Shown piece after piece: positions 10,793 through 24,321 of a stretch of 64,000 nt of DNA (the stretch's first letter is position 1; the number at the start of each line of letters is the position of its first letter). Origin of the DNA: Oikopleura dioica (taxonomy: Eukaryota; Animalia; Chordata). The stretch is from contig OU015568.1 of assembly GCA_907165135.1 (NCBI GenBank), positions 14,136,001 through 14,200,000 of the forward strand, given 5' to 3'. The notes below the pieces were generated by a model that made no database searches, had not been told where the DNA came from, and saw nothing but the letters and a program-made list of their open reading frames with translations. Made by a program: the position numbers and the translations under genes.

Positions 10793-13700
10793 TTATTTTG
10801 GGTAGCCAGCGATCTGTGCCGGCTTTTGGATGAGGCTCGAGACGGAGAAGTGCGGATTCGCGAAGTGGTAGTTGTTCGGATCGTGGCTGTAGAACGCGCT
10901 GTAGTACTGGCTGTAGTCCTGCACTTGGGGCGAGGCCTGCGAGGTCAGCGAGGCGGCGACGGCGGCGGTGACGGGACCAGTGGGCGCCGCGGGGATTGAC
11001 AAAACTGACGGAGCTGAGTCGGACGAGGCTCCGGAGGAAGCGCCAATCGGGGACAGGTTCAATGAAACTTTGTTCACAGGTTCAGCAGAGCTTCCACCAG
11101 GGAGCTGATCCAAGCTTGTCGAATGAACGGGAGGTGGAGAATCGGCGGGAAGCGATTTCAACGCTAGTTCAGGCGAACTTGATTCGGTTGGTAGCCCAGT
11201 TGGTTGAGGAGAAATCGAACTGTCCAAATTCTAAAGGAGATTGTTAGGAAATAATTCGAGTGAAACTTTGATAAGGTAGAAATTTACTGCCATGTTTGTC
11301 GATGATCTCAAAACATCCGAAAAAAGATTGGAATGCCCAAGATTGAAAAAAGCGAAGAGGATGAGCGCTTCGGTGACCTCCACATGCCGGGCGGAAGTTT
11401 GGGGAATCTTCTCCCAAAAAATCATAACCTGCCTTATCGAGATGACATACTAGTGTTTCGAGATCGTGAAACAAGTAGTGGAAACATTGAAAACATTACT
11501 ATTGTTCGACAAGAGAGGCCCTGGTACTTTTAGATCGTCAAACACGAACAAGAAAAAAGGGCGAACATCTTAATTTTTTATGTTTTAAATTCAGGGAATC
11601 TTCAACCCAAGTAAACCATTTCTAAGTCGCTAGAATCCTTTTCCTATCTTTTAGATGTTGCTCTAGGCGGCTAATCCTTCGGATAGGTGTTTTTAAGCCA
11701 TGAATCGGCGGCGCCTTTTGGTTTATTCGGCTCAGCTGCACTGGCCTGGTGATTGCATCACCATCCCTCCTCTGTTGCCCAAACATCTCTTAGGCAGACC
11801 CGAGCGCCGCCCTGAGCGTTTGAAGATTATCCGAATGAAGCCAATTTTGCTCCCTTCGGCAGTACATTACAAGTACTTTCGTACCTTTTGGAATCCTTCC
11901 CGCACCCTTTTTCGAGTAAAAAAGATTGCTTACCGATCTCGATGACAAAGCTGACGAAGTCGTTGTTGGAGGAAGGTCATCATTGTTCACTGGCGTTTGG
12001 TGAGGAATCGAAGGCAAGTTGAAATCGGCAGGTCGGTCAGCATTCTTATCAGCGTCTCGCCGCTTTCTGCGTCGTCTAAAATCAATTTGTTAATGGAAGT
12101 CGATCACATCTGTTGATGATTGGTAATGAGAAGTGCCCTTTGCTGAGGTGAGTAGAAATTAAGCGCGGTTCTAGTGCATGCCCTCTGCAGGAAAGACACT
12201 CCGGCGGTGTTATTTCCAAAATAAAAAATTGGACGGATAAGAGGAGAGGGCTCGATGGGCAGCGCTGTAGGTGCCCGTCACAATTGGAACTCATCCTCGC
12301 CCAGCTTATCGAAAATCATATCACACACTAAACATCCTCTCAGTGATAAATTTACCGCTACTCCCACCTATCGTTTTATTTTCTCATGAGCAAAGTGGCC
12401 CACGAAATTTCAAAATTTGGGAGTCTTCAAAGCCTCGGAAGAAAAGGACAAAGAGCATACCAAATCGGTTAGATATATAGGCTGGAAAATAGGTGATATG
12501 CAGTGAGCATTAGGAATCGGTCGGTCGCTCAAACACGTGACTGTTTTGGGCTTGCGCGCGCCCGGCCCTTTTGATTGATCTAAATGGTACATTCGAAATT
12601 CACAATTGGGCAAAATGGCAGCCTTGCGTTACCATAAACATACTGGGAGAATGGAACGAAGGCGGCTCAAGCCTGACTGGGAATTCTAACGCGAGATGAA
12701 AATCCCCCGACCCGGGATTTCTGCCAAACAAAGCCCCGAATTGATGGACGATTATCCGGCAGTTTTATCAGCTCGTAGATTTGATATCGGCACGCGCCGC
12801 TTGTTCCGAGAAAAATTTTCGGACTTTGCATTCAAAAAATCGAGAAATAAAATGAGGTTTATTTGATAAGCTCGTTTGAAATAATGAAATTCGAAGTTGT
12901 TTTGGCACATGCAAGTTTTGCAAAATTGAATAATATATTCAATTTTGGCCAAATTAAGAAAAGTTAGCCCGGGAGTTTACTGAAAACAGACGAGCAAAAT
13001 CGGAAAGAAATGCCAAAAATATATCTATATGGGCTTTGTTCGACAAGATGACAAAATAATGCTGAGCTTTCTTGGGCGACGCACATATTTATAAAATATT
13101 CGAGTTTGAGAAAAAAACTCTTATTTTTCATAAAATAACAATTTTACTCGACTTACCGAAAGTTGCCGTTGTCAAACATCTTTTCGCAGTTTTGATCGAG
13201 TTGCCAGTAGTTTCCTTTTCCTGGATCATTCTCGTCTCTGGGCACTTTTCTGAAGCAGTCGTTCAAGCTCAAGTTGTGGCGGATTGAGTTTTGCCAGCCA
13301 GCTTTCGAGCGCTTGTAGAATGGAAAGTTGTCAGCGACGTATTGGTAAATCTGTGCAAGAGTCAGTCGCTTTTCCGGGGAGTTCTGGATGCTCATTGCGA
13401 TCAAGGCAGAGTAGGAATATGGTGGTCGGACGAGTTTGAACAGCTCAGCCTGATTTTGGAGAGAAAGCCAGGAGAGATCACTAGAACTATTTTTAGATAT
13501 TGACAGGTGATGAGACAACTGTACCTCGAGGGTCCGAAAGATGGCGGAGGAGCACCAAGTATCCCACGTTGCGCAGCAAGTTGCGCCTGTCCCTGGGCCG
13601 CTTGTCCATAAGGACTCTGACCATAAGGGCTTTGGTAGGCAGAGTGACCAGCAGCACTGGCGCCGGCCATGGAAGGCCATAGCTGGTAATTGTACGTGTC

Positions 13701-13890
13701 CTTGGGTGAAAATGTCAATCTCTTTTCACAGCGAATCTCTCAATTACCTGGTAGCCTCTCGAGTGCGCCGGTTGGTAGCCGAGCTCGCTAGGGTTGGAAA
13801 GGTTGACTGGGGCGAGGTCTTGTGCTTGCGCGTCTGAAAGGGTTTTTATGAATCTCTGATGATCTCTGGAGGGGCGAGTTGCTTACCCAT
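10793..13890 (-). CDS. FoxI: Forkhead transcription factor, FoxI class
   Basis: [29 protein letters not shown]...[50 protein letters not shown]|RRRKRR and C-terminal FSVSSLI are FoxI hallmarks. ATG at 13890; later exons at about 12075-11933 and 11230-10793. Confidence 0.93.
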
Positions 13891-13973
13891 AATGTAATGT
13901 GTGGTATTTATCTGTTTTTTGGAGTTGTTTATATTCCTCAAAGTCTCTGTTTTGGCTTGGCCGTAACTGTCTA

Positions 13974-13981
13974 TATTTATA
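13974..13981 (-). promoter_or_regulatory. Candidate TATA box of FoxI
   Basis: TATAAATA on the minus strand about 85 nt upstream of the FoxI ATG. Confidence 0.5.
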
Positions 13982-16900
13982 TTTTGGAGGAGCTCGACGT
14001 CGTTTTTGTTTTGTCGTAAACTCAACTAGAAGGATATTCTGGTGGAGGAGAGAGAGAACTTGTTATGGCTTCGAGAGACGGGGAGAGGCTAAGAGTCCAG
14101 CTCTGGCGCTGCTGCGTGACGCAGGGGAGCGCCGCCGAGTGGCGCTGCGCTTCGTTTTTTTCACGACTAGTGCGCGCGGCCTTTCTGGGTCTGGGCTCTG
14201 GTTGTTTGGAGGCACCTGGGGAAGGGGTCAGGCAAGTGTGAAGATAGCAGAAGGGAAGTCGAATGGGAAATAGGAACTGACAATTTGTCAACAAATCCAA
14301 ACCACGAATCACTCGAATAAGCTGCTGCATGTGATGACAACTGTCATATAGCTTTATATTATCGTTTATCGAGCGTTCATAAATGTGAATGCGTAAAACA
14401 TTTAGCCAATAGAGTCGTTGTTGGTTAATAGAGGGAATCAATGATAATCAGGCGATTGATAATGTTTATGTATCGCTGAGATCAATAGTAGAAATTGTAA
14501 AAATTTTTAGCAAAACATACACTTATGATCTCTGAAATAAATTTGAGTTCTTGATAATAACATTTTGTCTACTCGTAAGGTTTTACTTTGAAATAAGGAA
14601 AGTATTCTCCAGGCATCTCATAATGGTTTTGCAGAGACACGCGCTTTTGGAAGGAAAAAATAGCCTCATTGTGCTGTTGCGTGGCTCGTATGACCATAGA
14701 AGTGTCAATCATAAATTGAACAAGTGGGCTCGGATAATGATTATTAAACGAGGAGATTTTTGTTTTGGGCTGAGTGTTGTTCAACTGGACGTCAGAGTCT
14801 ATCTCATTCAATTCGTTGATGCTTAAACAGCTTAGCGCTATATTCATAACATTTTTGACACACTTGCGCCTATTTGTTTTCATAACGTTATATAAATTCA
14901 AGGGTGGGAATTACCTGTTCATAATGTTTATATGTTAACAATGCAGCAGGCCGCCCCTGATAGCAGTAAATACCCGCAACGTGTTAATTCAGACAGCCCA
15001 GATTATGCACCAATACTTTGGCGTTGTTTCACGAAAATGCACTTTCTGACTTCATCAAATGCAATTCATACAAAATGAAAACGAAAATAAGGGAAGTTTT
15101 TTGAAGAATAACGGATTTTCTCTATTTTTATTGACATTCCAAAATACTAGAATTGATTGTACGCCTTTAAAAGATGAAAGTAATGACCGCGGTTGAAAAT
15201 TAAAACCAGGCGGTTGTCTAAATTGGCGTGAACTTGGTGCGTATGGTGACATTTTGGCCAATTCCTGGGCCTTTCCGAATCAGAGAGGTTGATATTTTCA
15301 GAATTTGCGCCGAACGGGTTGATACAAAACAAAACTGACACAACTTTGTATACACAGCAGCCGATAGATAATACTAAAAATAGTACCAACAAACCTAATA
15401 GACACCAGTGTAAATTTCAGAAGACTTTCTAAGGAACATCATCAAGGCGTTTTATGAACAAATGCTTCTTGATTTTCAAAGAGGTTGTGTGGGTTTAGGG
15501 CTAAATATATTGACATATGTTATCGGCCGATTCGATTAGCATATCGCCCTTGAAACGGCCATTTGTATCGGATCATCGCCTTCATCTTCAGCTTCCTACA
15601 TTTTTTCGAACATGCGAAAAATAACGCTTGAATCTTTCATAAGGAAATTCGTTGGCAGCGTTATTGGTTAAAGTCGTTTAGTAGGAGATTTTCCCGTTTA
15701 TTTAGTGACACTCATATTCTCTCCTGCAGTTGCAGTGGTATACTGTTTGATCTTGCGTATTGAACATTTTCACTTATTACTCGTATTACTCGTGTTAATA
15801 AATTTTAAGTGCGATGAACGTGGTGGTATAGGCGAGTTATGTTTGTATCGTAACAATTGTTTCAGTTTGGTGTAAACATCTCCAAGCGTTGCTCTCAGCC
15901 GTTCACTCATAATTACGATAATAAAATCAACTTTTCGAGGAATGCCGATTCTTCAACTGCCGATTCGCCATCAGAACTGACGACTCGAGCAGGGTCATCA
16001 ACTGCTCGAACCCAAAACCCGGAGCACGTGCGAGCTCATCCACTGTTCTGTTTCAACAACAGCGAGAAAAATCTACGCCAAGGCGGAATTTCTCCAGACT
16101 CAGGGCCACCGCTGACCTAAGGTTGACCTGCAGTTGCTGGCGATGCAAATCTTTGCGTTTCAAGGCGAATTTTCGCTCTACTCTTCTATTGACACAACAT
16201 TTCAAGACATTTTTTATTCTACAAGTTTTTATTCAATTAAAGTAGTAATTATTAATAACAGCAAAATTTGCGGGTTGCAATTTTATTGACATTTGAGTCT
16301 TTACAATCTCCATTTGCCATTCAACATGCTTCGCTGATTTTTTAGTTTTATTTTATAAAAGTTTTCAAAATTGCATAATAAATTTCTCTTTTCTGCAAGT
16401 TTACTTTCGTCAAGTAGCTCTCAAACATATGCGCCCATATATTTACTTACCCATCAAAGGCGACTTTCTCGTTGGAATTTATTTTTTATTGAAGTAAGAA
16501 TTTTATTCAATAAAAACACAAACAGAGAGAACTTTACGTCTTCATTTTTTCAATAATTTACTCGGACTTCTCCTGTCTTATTTGTGCAATAGTTCTGCTT
16601 CATCTTCATAATAATATTCTCACCTAGGTCACCTAATTTTATTCGCTCTCCGCACCCGAAAAATCGTCAAAAACTCGATCACATGACACATCGTCTAATA
16701 TTGACTCTTCACCCTCATCTCAAACTATTTAAAAGTTGGAAAGTTTCAATCGCGCTAAATAACTTTTATCTAAAAAGCCATTATTTCAACAATCAGTATT
16801 GCAGCATTTTACATCGACGTCGCAGTTGAAAAAAATTATATTACAAAAGTTTTCAGTCAATTATGTGTTTATTAGTAGAAGTGAGTCGCGTACGTTCAGG

Positions 16901-19855
16901 CTAGCATATAGAGCTTATATTGCATTCATTTTAATCTTCTTATTTTCGTTGCTGAAGGAAATTCCACTCATATTCTCGATTCATTTTATAAACATCACCA
17001 TTCCGGCTCATTGAAAAAGAAGTAAGTCCACTATTGCAAATGCAATTTCAAAGTAATGTAATATTGACTTGTTGCACTAACACGGCAAGAATTCATCAAA
17101 TAATTTGCTTTGGATGAGTGTCTTTGCTTGCTCAGAATGAAATCAAAAGAAAACGGTCAAGGCCATCACGTAAACAATCAGCATGTTGCAGCAGGGTCGG
17201 AGTCCCACTGTCAGATGTAAATTGCTACTGTAAAAGTGTAACCTAGTTTATTAAGACCAAAGTGTCGACCTTGATGAAATGAGTGCGCGTCACTTTTCTG
17301 CTGCGCCAGGCCGCACACCTGGCCAAACCCCCAGCCCGGAAAAAGTTATTTTCCGCAATGTACGAGGTACGAAGCTGCGACTCACTGCTGAAGCAGACTC
17401 GACAACCCAAAATACACACGCAAACTTGCACAGGGAAGAAATGTTCTATGGCGTAAAAAGTTTATGCTTCGATTGAATTTGCTCGCTTCTCGGAAGAAAT
17501 TGTTTTTGGGAAGAAAAGTCAGATTCTCGATTTGGCGTCAGGGGCAAAATATTACTTGCGACCAGAATAACCCTAATACGAGTAGCCTCCTCGTGAGTGT
17601 CAACCGGGCGAGATGATCTTTTGTTTTTATGGTTTTGGGTTAACCAACTTCTGCGTGCTTTACTTTCTGGCATGCTCTCTTTCAGAATTGATTTAGGGGG
17701 TAGACTTCGTAAAACCAATTTTGGCAAAGTGTTTTTCGCTAGTCATTGTCGACGAAGAAGCTACCAATACTGTCTTCTCAGGAATTCTAGCTGTTTCCTA
17801 ACCCCTTTTAAATCTTATACTGAGCAGTTTTGGAAATCTGATGACCACAAACAGTTCCATTCTAGCGCAGATTAGTCAAGTATTTTGTCTCTGCTGGTTA
17901 TATAAAGTTGTTCATGCCCATCTGCCATTGGGATGTTATTTTGCGATAATGACCAGTGTTGGTTAATTTTTAGTTTTCTTGGGCGATTTGGCGAGAGCAT
18001 CAGAATCGCGCACCTGGCCTCGATTTCGCGGTTTTGTTCGCTCGCACCCTCGCCCTCCACTATCATTTTTTGACGAAATCAGACATTACGCGAATTTCTA
18101 GCGCACTAATTTGCTCTTTTCGTAAACGGCTTGCACGAATGAGAATATGGAAATCCACACTTCTCCCCTTTCATTTCTCCGCCCGTACTTCTAAAATGCA
18201 AAAGGGCGAAAGTTCGCTGAATCTCCAAAATGTAAAATCCGGAACTGCTTTACAGGGAGCCGCGCGCAATCCGCCACCGCTTTCGCGACTTTCTACTTTT
18301 TCACTTTTTCGCCTTTCTTTTGTGATTCGCGTCTTATCGTGCTCCGGCAGCGTGCTGCATGCGCCGCTGTGATGGATTATTTTGACAAAAATAGGGATTA
18401 GAGCGTAGGATCCTTGACCAAAGACGGCACGGGGCGGTATCATCTCCGCGAACAGCACTAGAATCGCACCCATCCGAGACTACGTAGATTTTCATGTTCC
18501 CAAGCTAACGAGCAATCAATTAGCTAGACGTAACTGGGTCACTATTCCGGAATTAATGTAAAACTGCATCTCGCAATGAAAATTTTCGAAGGTGTTGGGT
18601 GGTATTTGCGAGATCGAGACAGGAAACCGCAAAGTAGATGGTCGCGCCTGGTCGACATCCTTTTCACCAAATTTGAAATTATTTGGCCGCAAATGGCGAT
18701 TATGGTGCCCGAGTTCGATTCTCCAAAAGCTGCACACTCGGCGACCACCAAGTGCCTATCTGGGCACTGCTCTGAGACCATAATTAATTAAATCCAAAAC
18801 ATACGCGCACGCGGGCCGGTAGCTCCGCTCCTGCTCGTGCCACTCCCTGATTCCGAAAATTACATTCTTGTTCGACAACATGATCATATCAATTCGATTT
18901 TTCAGTTGATGCGGGCTCTCTTTGATCAACAAGCTCAGAACATTGCTTCTTTAAATTGGGGTCACGCGTTTTTGCTTTCGACTTTGGTTCACTTACGCTT
19001 TAAAACCAATAGAACCGAACCAAGCTTATCAACTGGCCACCGGTATCAGTTAGATGAGCAAGTCGCGGAACCCTGCCTCGACCCGCGCGTGTGCGCAGCG
19101 TTCCGCCGGACGACCGAGCCTGCTCAACGCAGATCAGTATCTTCCTCAGTCAAACCAAACAATTAACCGCTGCTCATCGCGAGCAATAATTTTTCAAGAG
19201 GATGAATTTCGCGCAGATTTATCTGGCTCTATATTTTGGCGAAAATAAGAATTCATGCAACAGTTGAAGTGTTGACAAGATTCTTCCTTATCAGTCAGTT
19301 TAAAAACTTCCGGTTAAAATTATTCTTGTAATTGAACAAAAAAAAAATTGATTGTTTCAAAAAGTGTGTGAGAAAGTACGCAAAGAAGCTGCATCTTGAG
19401 TTGCCTTTATTGAAACCAGTGGAACAGAAGCGGGAAGCTCTTTTGGACCCGATGTTGACAAAATAACGCGGCTCTTGTGTGACTATCTGCACGCGTAAGA
19501 GCGATTAATTTCAGTCTTCGCTTCTTATCGCAGTTTGAATTTAGCCACCGCAGCTATTGAATTATCTCCAAAAACTGAACTAACTTCTCGTGTGATTCAA
19601 GATTCTCTTCGTTAATTTCAACTTTGGCACAAATGAACTTGATTCGCAGCCACAGGTGCGAACTCCACGCGCAATGTCTTTCCTTTTTCGAAAAATTTGT
19701 AATAAAACAAAGTTGACATGATTTTCGAATTTTCGAAAAATAGATTGAGAGAAATTTTATGCTTCTTTGGCACCGCTCATTTAGCTATTGGAACAATTTC
19801 TATTCCAGTTCAGGTTAAATATTTTCTCTTTATTTGAGTTTATTGATTTTTCTAG

Positions 19856-20686
19856 TCTGGAGATATTCAGCTTCTTCGCGAGAGAAACTTATCACTAAAA
19901 CATGGAGACAACGAATTTGAGCTGGCGTTATTTTCTTTTTCCGTTCTATCGACTCTTCTGCTCGGGCTGGCTTCCTTGACCGCTGGAATATCATCATTTT
20001 TACCGAAGAGTCTACTCTCTGCAATAATGGGCCTGTCACTTACAAATATTTTTCTCGATATGGTGATTTTATTCAAGTATGAATATGCCCAAATGTTCCT
20101 TTTGCGCAATCATGTGACATTCTCCGTCAACTTGATCTTCCTCCTCGCCGACATTAAACGAATCATCATCATTGCCTTGCCTGCTGGAACGATCCTCATT
20201 TCATATTTGCTCTACGATGTTCTCAAAACAAAGAAACTTTGGCACTCGTATGGAAATGTGTCGATTCTATCTGAGGCTTGTTATGTCATGAAAACGGCTT
20301 GTTGGGTACTGCGATTGATATTTTCCGGCGCTGAACTTATTCCCGCCATCTTCTGGACAGAAAACTTCATCAAAAATTTCAATAGCAACAGCGCGGTTAG
20401 AACAAGGAATTTCTTGCCAGCAATGTTCTTTACTCTGTCTTGTTTCATGACGATTGCTCTTTATAAAAGGTAAAAGTGTAAAAGAGACAGGAAAAATTTT
20501 CTTAGGTCAAACTCGTTGTTCTGGAGCATCCTGAAGCTGTACACTACAATGGCAGGACTTGTGCTGACAGTTCCGAGTAGTCATCGAATGCCTGATTTTA
20601 GAAATATTCTCTCTGCTTTTATGCTTCAAATTCTGTCATTGATTGACTTGTTTATGAGCTTTCGATTTTTGGTGATAAACGATTAA
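19856..20686 (+). CDS. Uncharacterised multi-pass membrane protein (5' end unresolved)
   Basis: Open frame from the acceptor at 19855 with several hydrophobic stretches. A GT-AG intron near 20470-20505 leads to ...FRFLVIND* at 20686. Family not recognised. Confidence 0.55.
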
Positions 20687-20720
20687 TTCTCTATTTACAA
20701 CTGTTTTATTTACAAAATAC

Positions 20721-23700
20721 TCATTCGTTTGATGAAGACATATTTCGAATAGTTTTCTTTAGCACAACTTCCATCGTATCCAGTCGATTGCGAATTTCTT
20801 TCTCAAAAAAGGTCTTCGTCAGAGGACCATCGATTTCTTGGCGCTTGAAACTCTTTAGCCCATGGATGTGCGCTTTGGTCTGCTGTGCTTCTATATCGTC
20901 AAGGATCGCAGGCATTTTAGGATCAATGTTGCTCCAGTCGTGGTACCGAAATTTCGAGTTATCGTTGCTGACTTGAAAGCCGCTTTTGCAGTAGTTGAAG
21001 ATATTGTGAACGTGGCTTTATCGAGGATAAAAAAATTCTTATTTGAAAACGTCAGTTGCTTCACGATAAAGAGTTTTCTGATCCATTCCTGAAGAAAATA
21101 AAGGGTGGTGGGAAAATCGGTCGAAAATAGTTGTTCTTGACCGTCTGATATCTCGAGTACTTCCAGATTCGAATAGAATTTTCATCAATAGCTGCATAAG
21201 TCGATGAGAACAAGGCAATCAGTAAGTTCAAAAGTAAAATATTAGCAATGACCATGTAGCTGCCATGGAAGATATCCGAAACGACCGCTTTTGAAGGACA
21301 TCGAGGCATAGTCGAATTTCCAACGTCAAATCCTGGAGGAATGCAGTCTTCAGGCTGATCTTCAAACTCGTATGTTGTTCGTTCTCCAAGAAACAGTTCG
21401 CCGTAGATCCCATAGTAAGGCCCAAAGAGAATATTCTATAAAAAATTTCAAAGGGAAATCAAATTGTTAATACTCACCCGAACGGTGAAATTAAGACGAT
21501 GCTCGTTTGGATATTGTAGTGACTGCTGAACAATTCCGTAAGTCAGAACAAAGATTCCCATGATGAGGAGAAATTGAAACATTTGAAAGAACATCTTCCA
21601 GATCATAATTACTTTCGGTCCAAGATCTCGCGAAACATCGAACATAATCAGAGAACGATACGCCATGAACATAAATGATAAAGCAAAGCAAACTTGCGAT
21701 ACATAAAGCTGTCCAGTGATTTCTGTCGGGCAAAGTTGCTCACCAGAGAACTTGATGGAGGCTTTATAATAATACTCTTCCTTGATATCAATAAATGAAA
21801 AAGCCCCATTCCTTTGTCTCCGGCGCAGTAAGTTTTAAAACCGTCCCAGCAATGAAAGTCAACTCCGATGCAGCATCAAATTTATTGTACAAATCATCCC
21901 ACCATTTTTGAAATCTTCCTCTTTGAAGACTGTCATTTGCGACGACCATTTGACGGATCTCTTCTACAAAAAGTGTGACTGTCCAAGCAATGAGCAGCCA
22001 GTCGAGCCAAGTGGGAATTATGCAGAATGAACGGAGAAGAAATGTAGCGAAGAGGATAATATAGGCGAAATATGTAACAATGTTCATCTAAAACGAAATT
22101 AACAAAAACTAGTAATAAAATAAACTCACCCAGAAAACTGTGAATGGTGCTCTCATCGTGTGGATCCATTTTTTGAACCAGTGGCAATTCTTCTTTTTCC
22201 CCTCGAATTTCAGTAAAAGGGAAGGAAGAAAAGGCAACCAGAAGAAAAATATGCAAAGCGCGATACTTCGCAGCTTCTGTTTCAGAGCAAATTTTCCTCG
22301 CCATATGTTCGACAAAAACTCCTGAACACCCACTTGAGCAATGAAATTGACGCATTTTCCGGCATAAGCCAGTTTGAGCATTGTCATGTTTCCGGTTCGA
22401 TCATTTGCTGTAACGAGCATGAGCTGAGGAGAGAGGTCTTGTTCTCCGATATTCGGGCCTTTTGGAATCTCTCGATATGCTTCAATGGCGATGTCTTCGT
22501 AGTACTTGGCGAATTCTTCGAGTCTTTCAGAAGCATTTATGTCTCGTCTTTTCAGAGCAGCAGCTCCTCTTAGAAAATTCGCCCCAAGAAGCGCCATTCC
22601 GATACCATATTTACTCCTGAGCCAAATAACATTCGCCAAGTCCCAATACTCAAAGAGCAACGCCCAACAGAAAAGTCGTTCTTCTGGATCATGAAATTCA
22701 AAGCTCTCTTTCAGCCCTTTTGATGCAGATTTGTATTTGCCACCAGTTCTGTTTCGATATCGATTCGCAAAAGGATTCCAATTCGTTGAAATCAAGGAAG
22801 ACTCAAAGTCCTCGATCAGCCGGGATAAACGAGCGGAAAGATATTCGTTGAAATTTTCTGGATCCCAGTAGTCATCAAGCCCTGCTTTGTCAGCAAGAGA
22901 TTCTTCTTTTATCGAATCCATCTGTGAAAGATATAAATTTTCTAGTCGCAGAGGAGAGGCGAATTCTCTCTGATCGAGATCGTCGAACGAAAACTTCGAA
23001 TAGATTTCTTCGACAAGATCAGCTTCGTTTCTCGACATTGCAACTTCTAAGATGTTGAAAATTTGATTCTTTGAAACGTAAAAGAATGGCGACGAGAATA
23101 ACTGTTTGCAGAGGTCGCTGATGTCATAGACATTTTCGAGTGGCTGGGAGAAGAATTGAGAGATGTCTTGGTAGATTTTGATGCTTTGATTCGTGCTTTG
23201 ATGAGCTTTGAGGTCCATTATCATCTTTGGAAAGTCACCCGATTCGTTTCGAAGTCTCGTTCTATAAGAAAAGCGCTCTTCCATATTCACTCTTCGTTCT
23301 CGATTGAAAAGGAAACGTTCTAAATAAGTGACGATGCCGCCAGAATCTTCAACGAGGGCGATTTTCCCATAAGCGTTCATGACGATTTCGTGGATGAAAG
23401 AGAGCGTTTCGATGCTTCCATTGTAGATTGCGTATTCTACAGATATTCGCTCTCGGAGAATTTCAAGGAGAAAAAATTGAGCATCATCTTGGCGAGATCT
23501 TGGGAACTCTATAAACAGCTGTTTTCTCCCGTTCATAATTCTTTCATACCTCTTTCAAGAATAACGAGCGCGTTGCTGTGCTTCTTGAAGATTCTTCCAG
23601 TAGCGTTTCCTTCGAATTCAACCAACGAATCAATTTGGTTTCGAATATCTCGAGAGCAATGACTTTTACTTATTATTTGTAAGCAAAATGCTTCCGAAGC

Positions 23701-23964
23701 TAGTTGTTTCTTAATTGGAACGGAGGATGTTATCCATTTATTCTCTTTTGTCGCGTAATTTTGAAGATGGCAAGAAAAGTCCGTTGAGATTTCTTCCGTA
23801 AATTGAGAAGAAGAAGGACCAAGGATTGATACAACACCCTCTGTCCATGATTGTCCCCAATGATCCAAGAGTCGAAAGAATTCTCCATCAATTTCTTCGT
23901 CATTTTCTACGACTACGCATGCGACAGGTTGCCCTAACTGGTCATTAACTGAGCCGACTTTCAT
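20721..23964 (-). CDS. TRPM: TRPM-family cation channel (divergent; no C-terminal NUDT9-H or kinase domain)
   Basis: SLOG/MHR-like N-terminus (KWITSS, EDSGG), MHR4 (ERLFCWALL, FIAQVGVQEFLSNIWRG), S4-S5 linker DLGPKVIMIWKM, pore PYYGIYGELF, S6 NILLLNLLIALFSSTY, TRP box WKYSRY, PPPF and a terminal coiled coil. One +1 discontinuity near 21790-21802. Confidence 0.9.
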
Positions 23965-24321
23965 TTTTATTTTCTCTTTAGTATTTTTCTTTCAAGTTGA
24001 TGCCTCAATTTTGCTCATTTTAAGATATTGATATTTCTTCTGGCATAAGTTTCCTCGCAAAATTGACAAAAAGGGGTGAAAAGCCGCAGGGTTCAACCTC
24101 GTTCTAGCAGAGTGATTTTGGTAATGCGCTCCTTTGTCTCGTATTAAAGGTCGGAGCAGATGTCGTTATTTTTATCGGTATTCCTCATCGCGGAGGTAGT
24201 AAAAGGCTAAGTCCTCTATTTTATGGATCGATCCTGGAAATTACCATGAAATTATATTCTGACCAGATCATAAATGTAACATGATAAATAATTCAGTTTA
24301 TTGTTAATGTAATCACACATT

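Noticed and set aside
14569-19248. Isolated ORFs 14569..14901, 15857..16120, 17446..17727 and 18837..19166
   Set aside because: No recognisable motifs and no consistent exon chain could be built; left unannotated.
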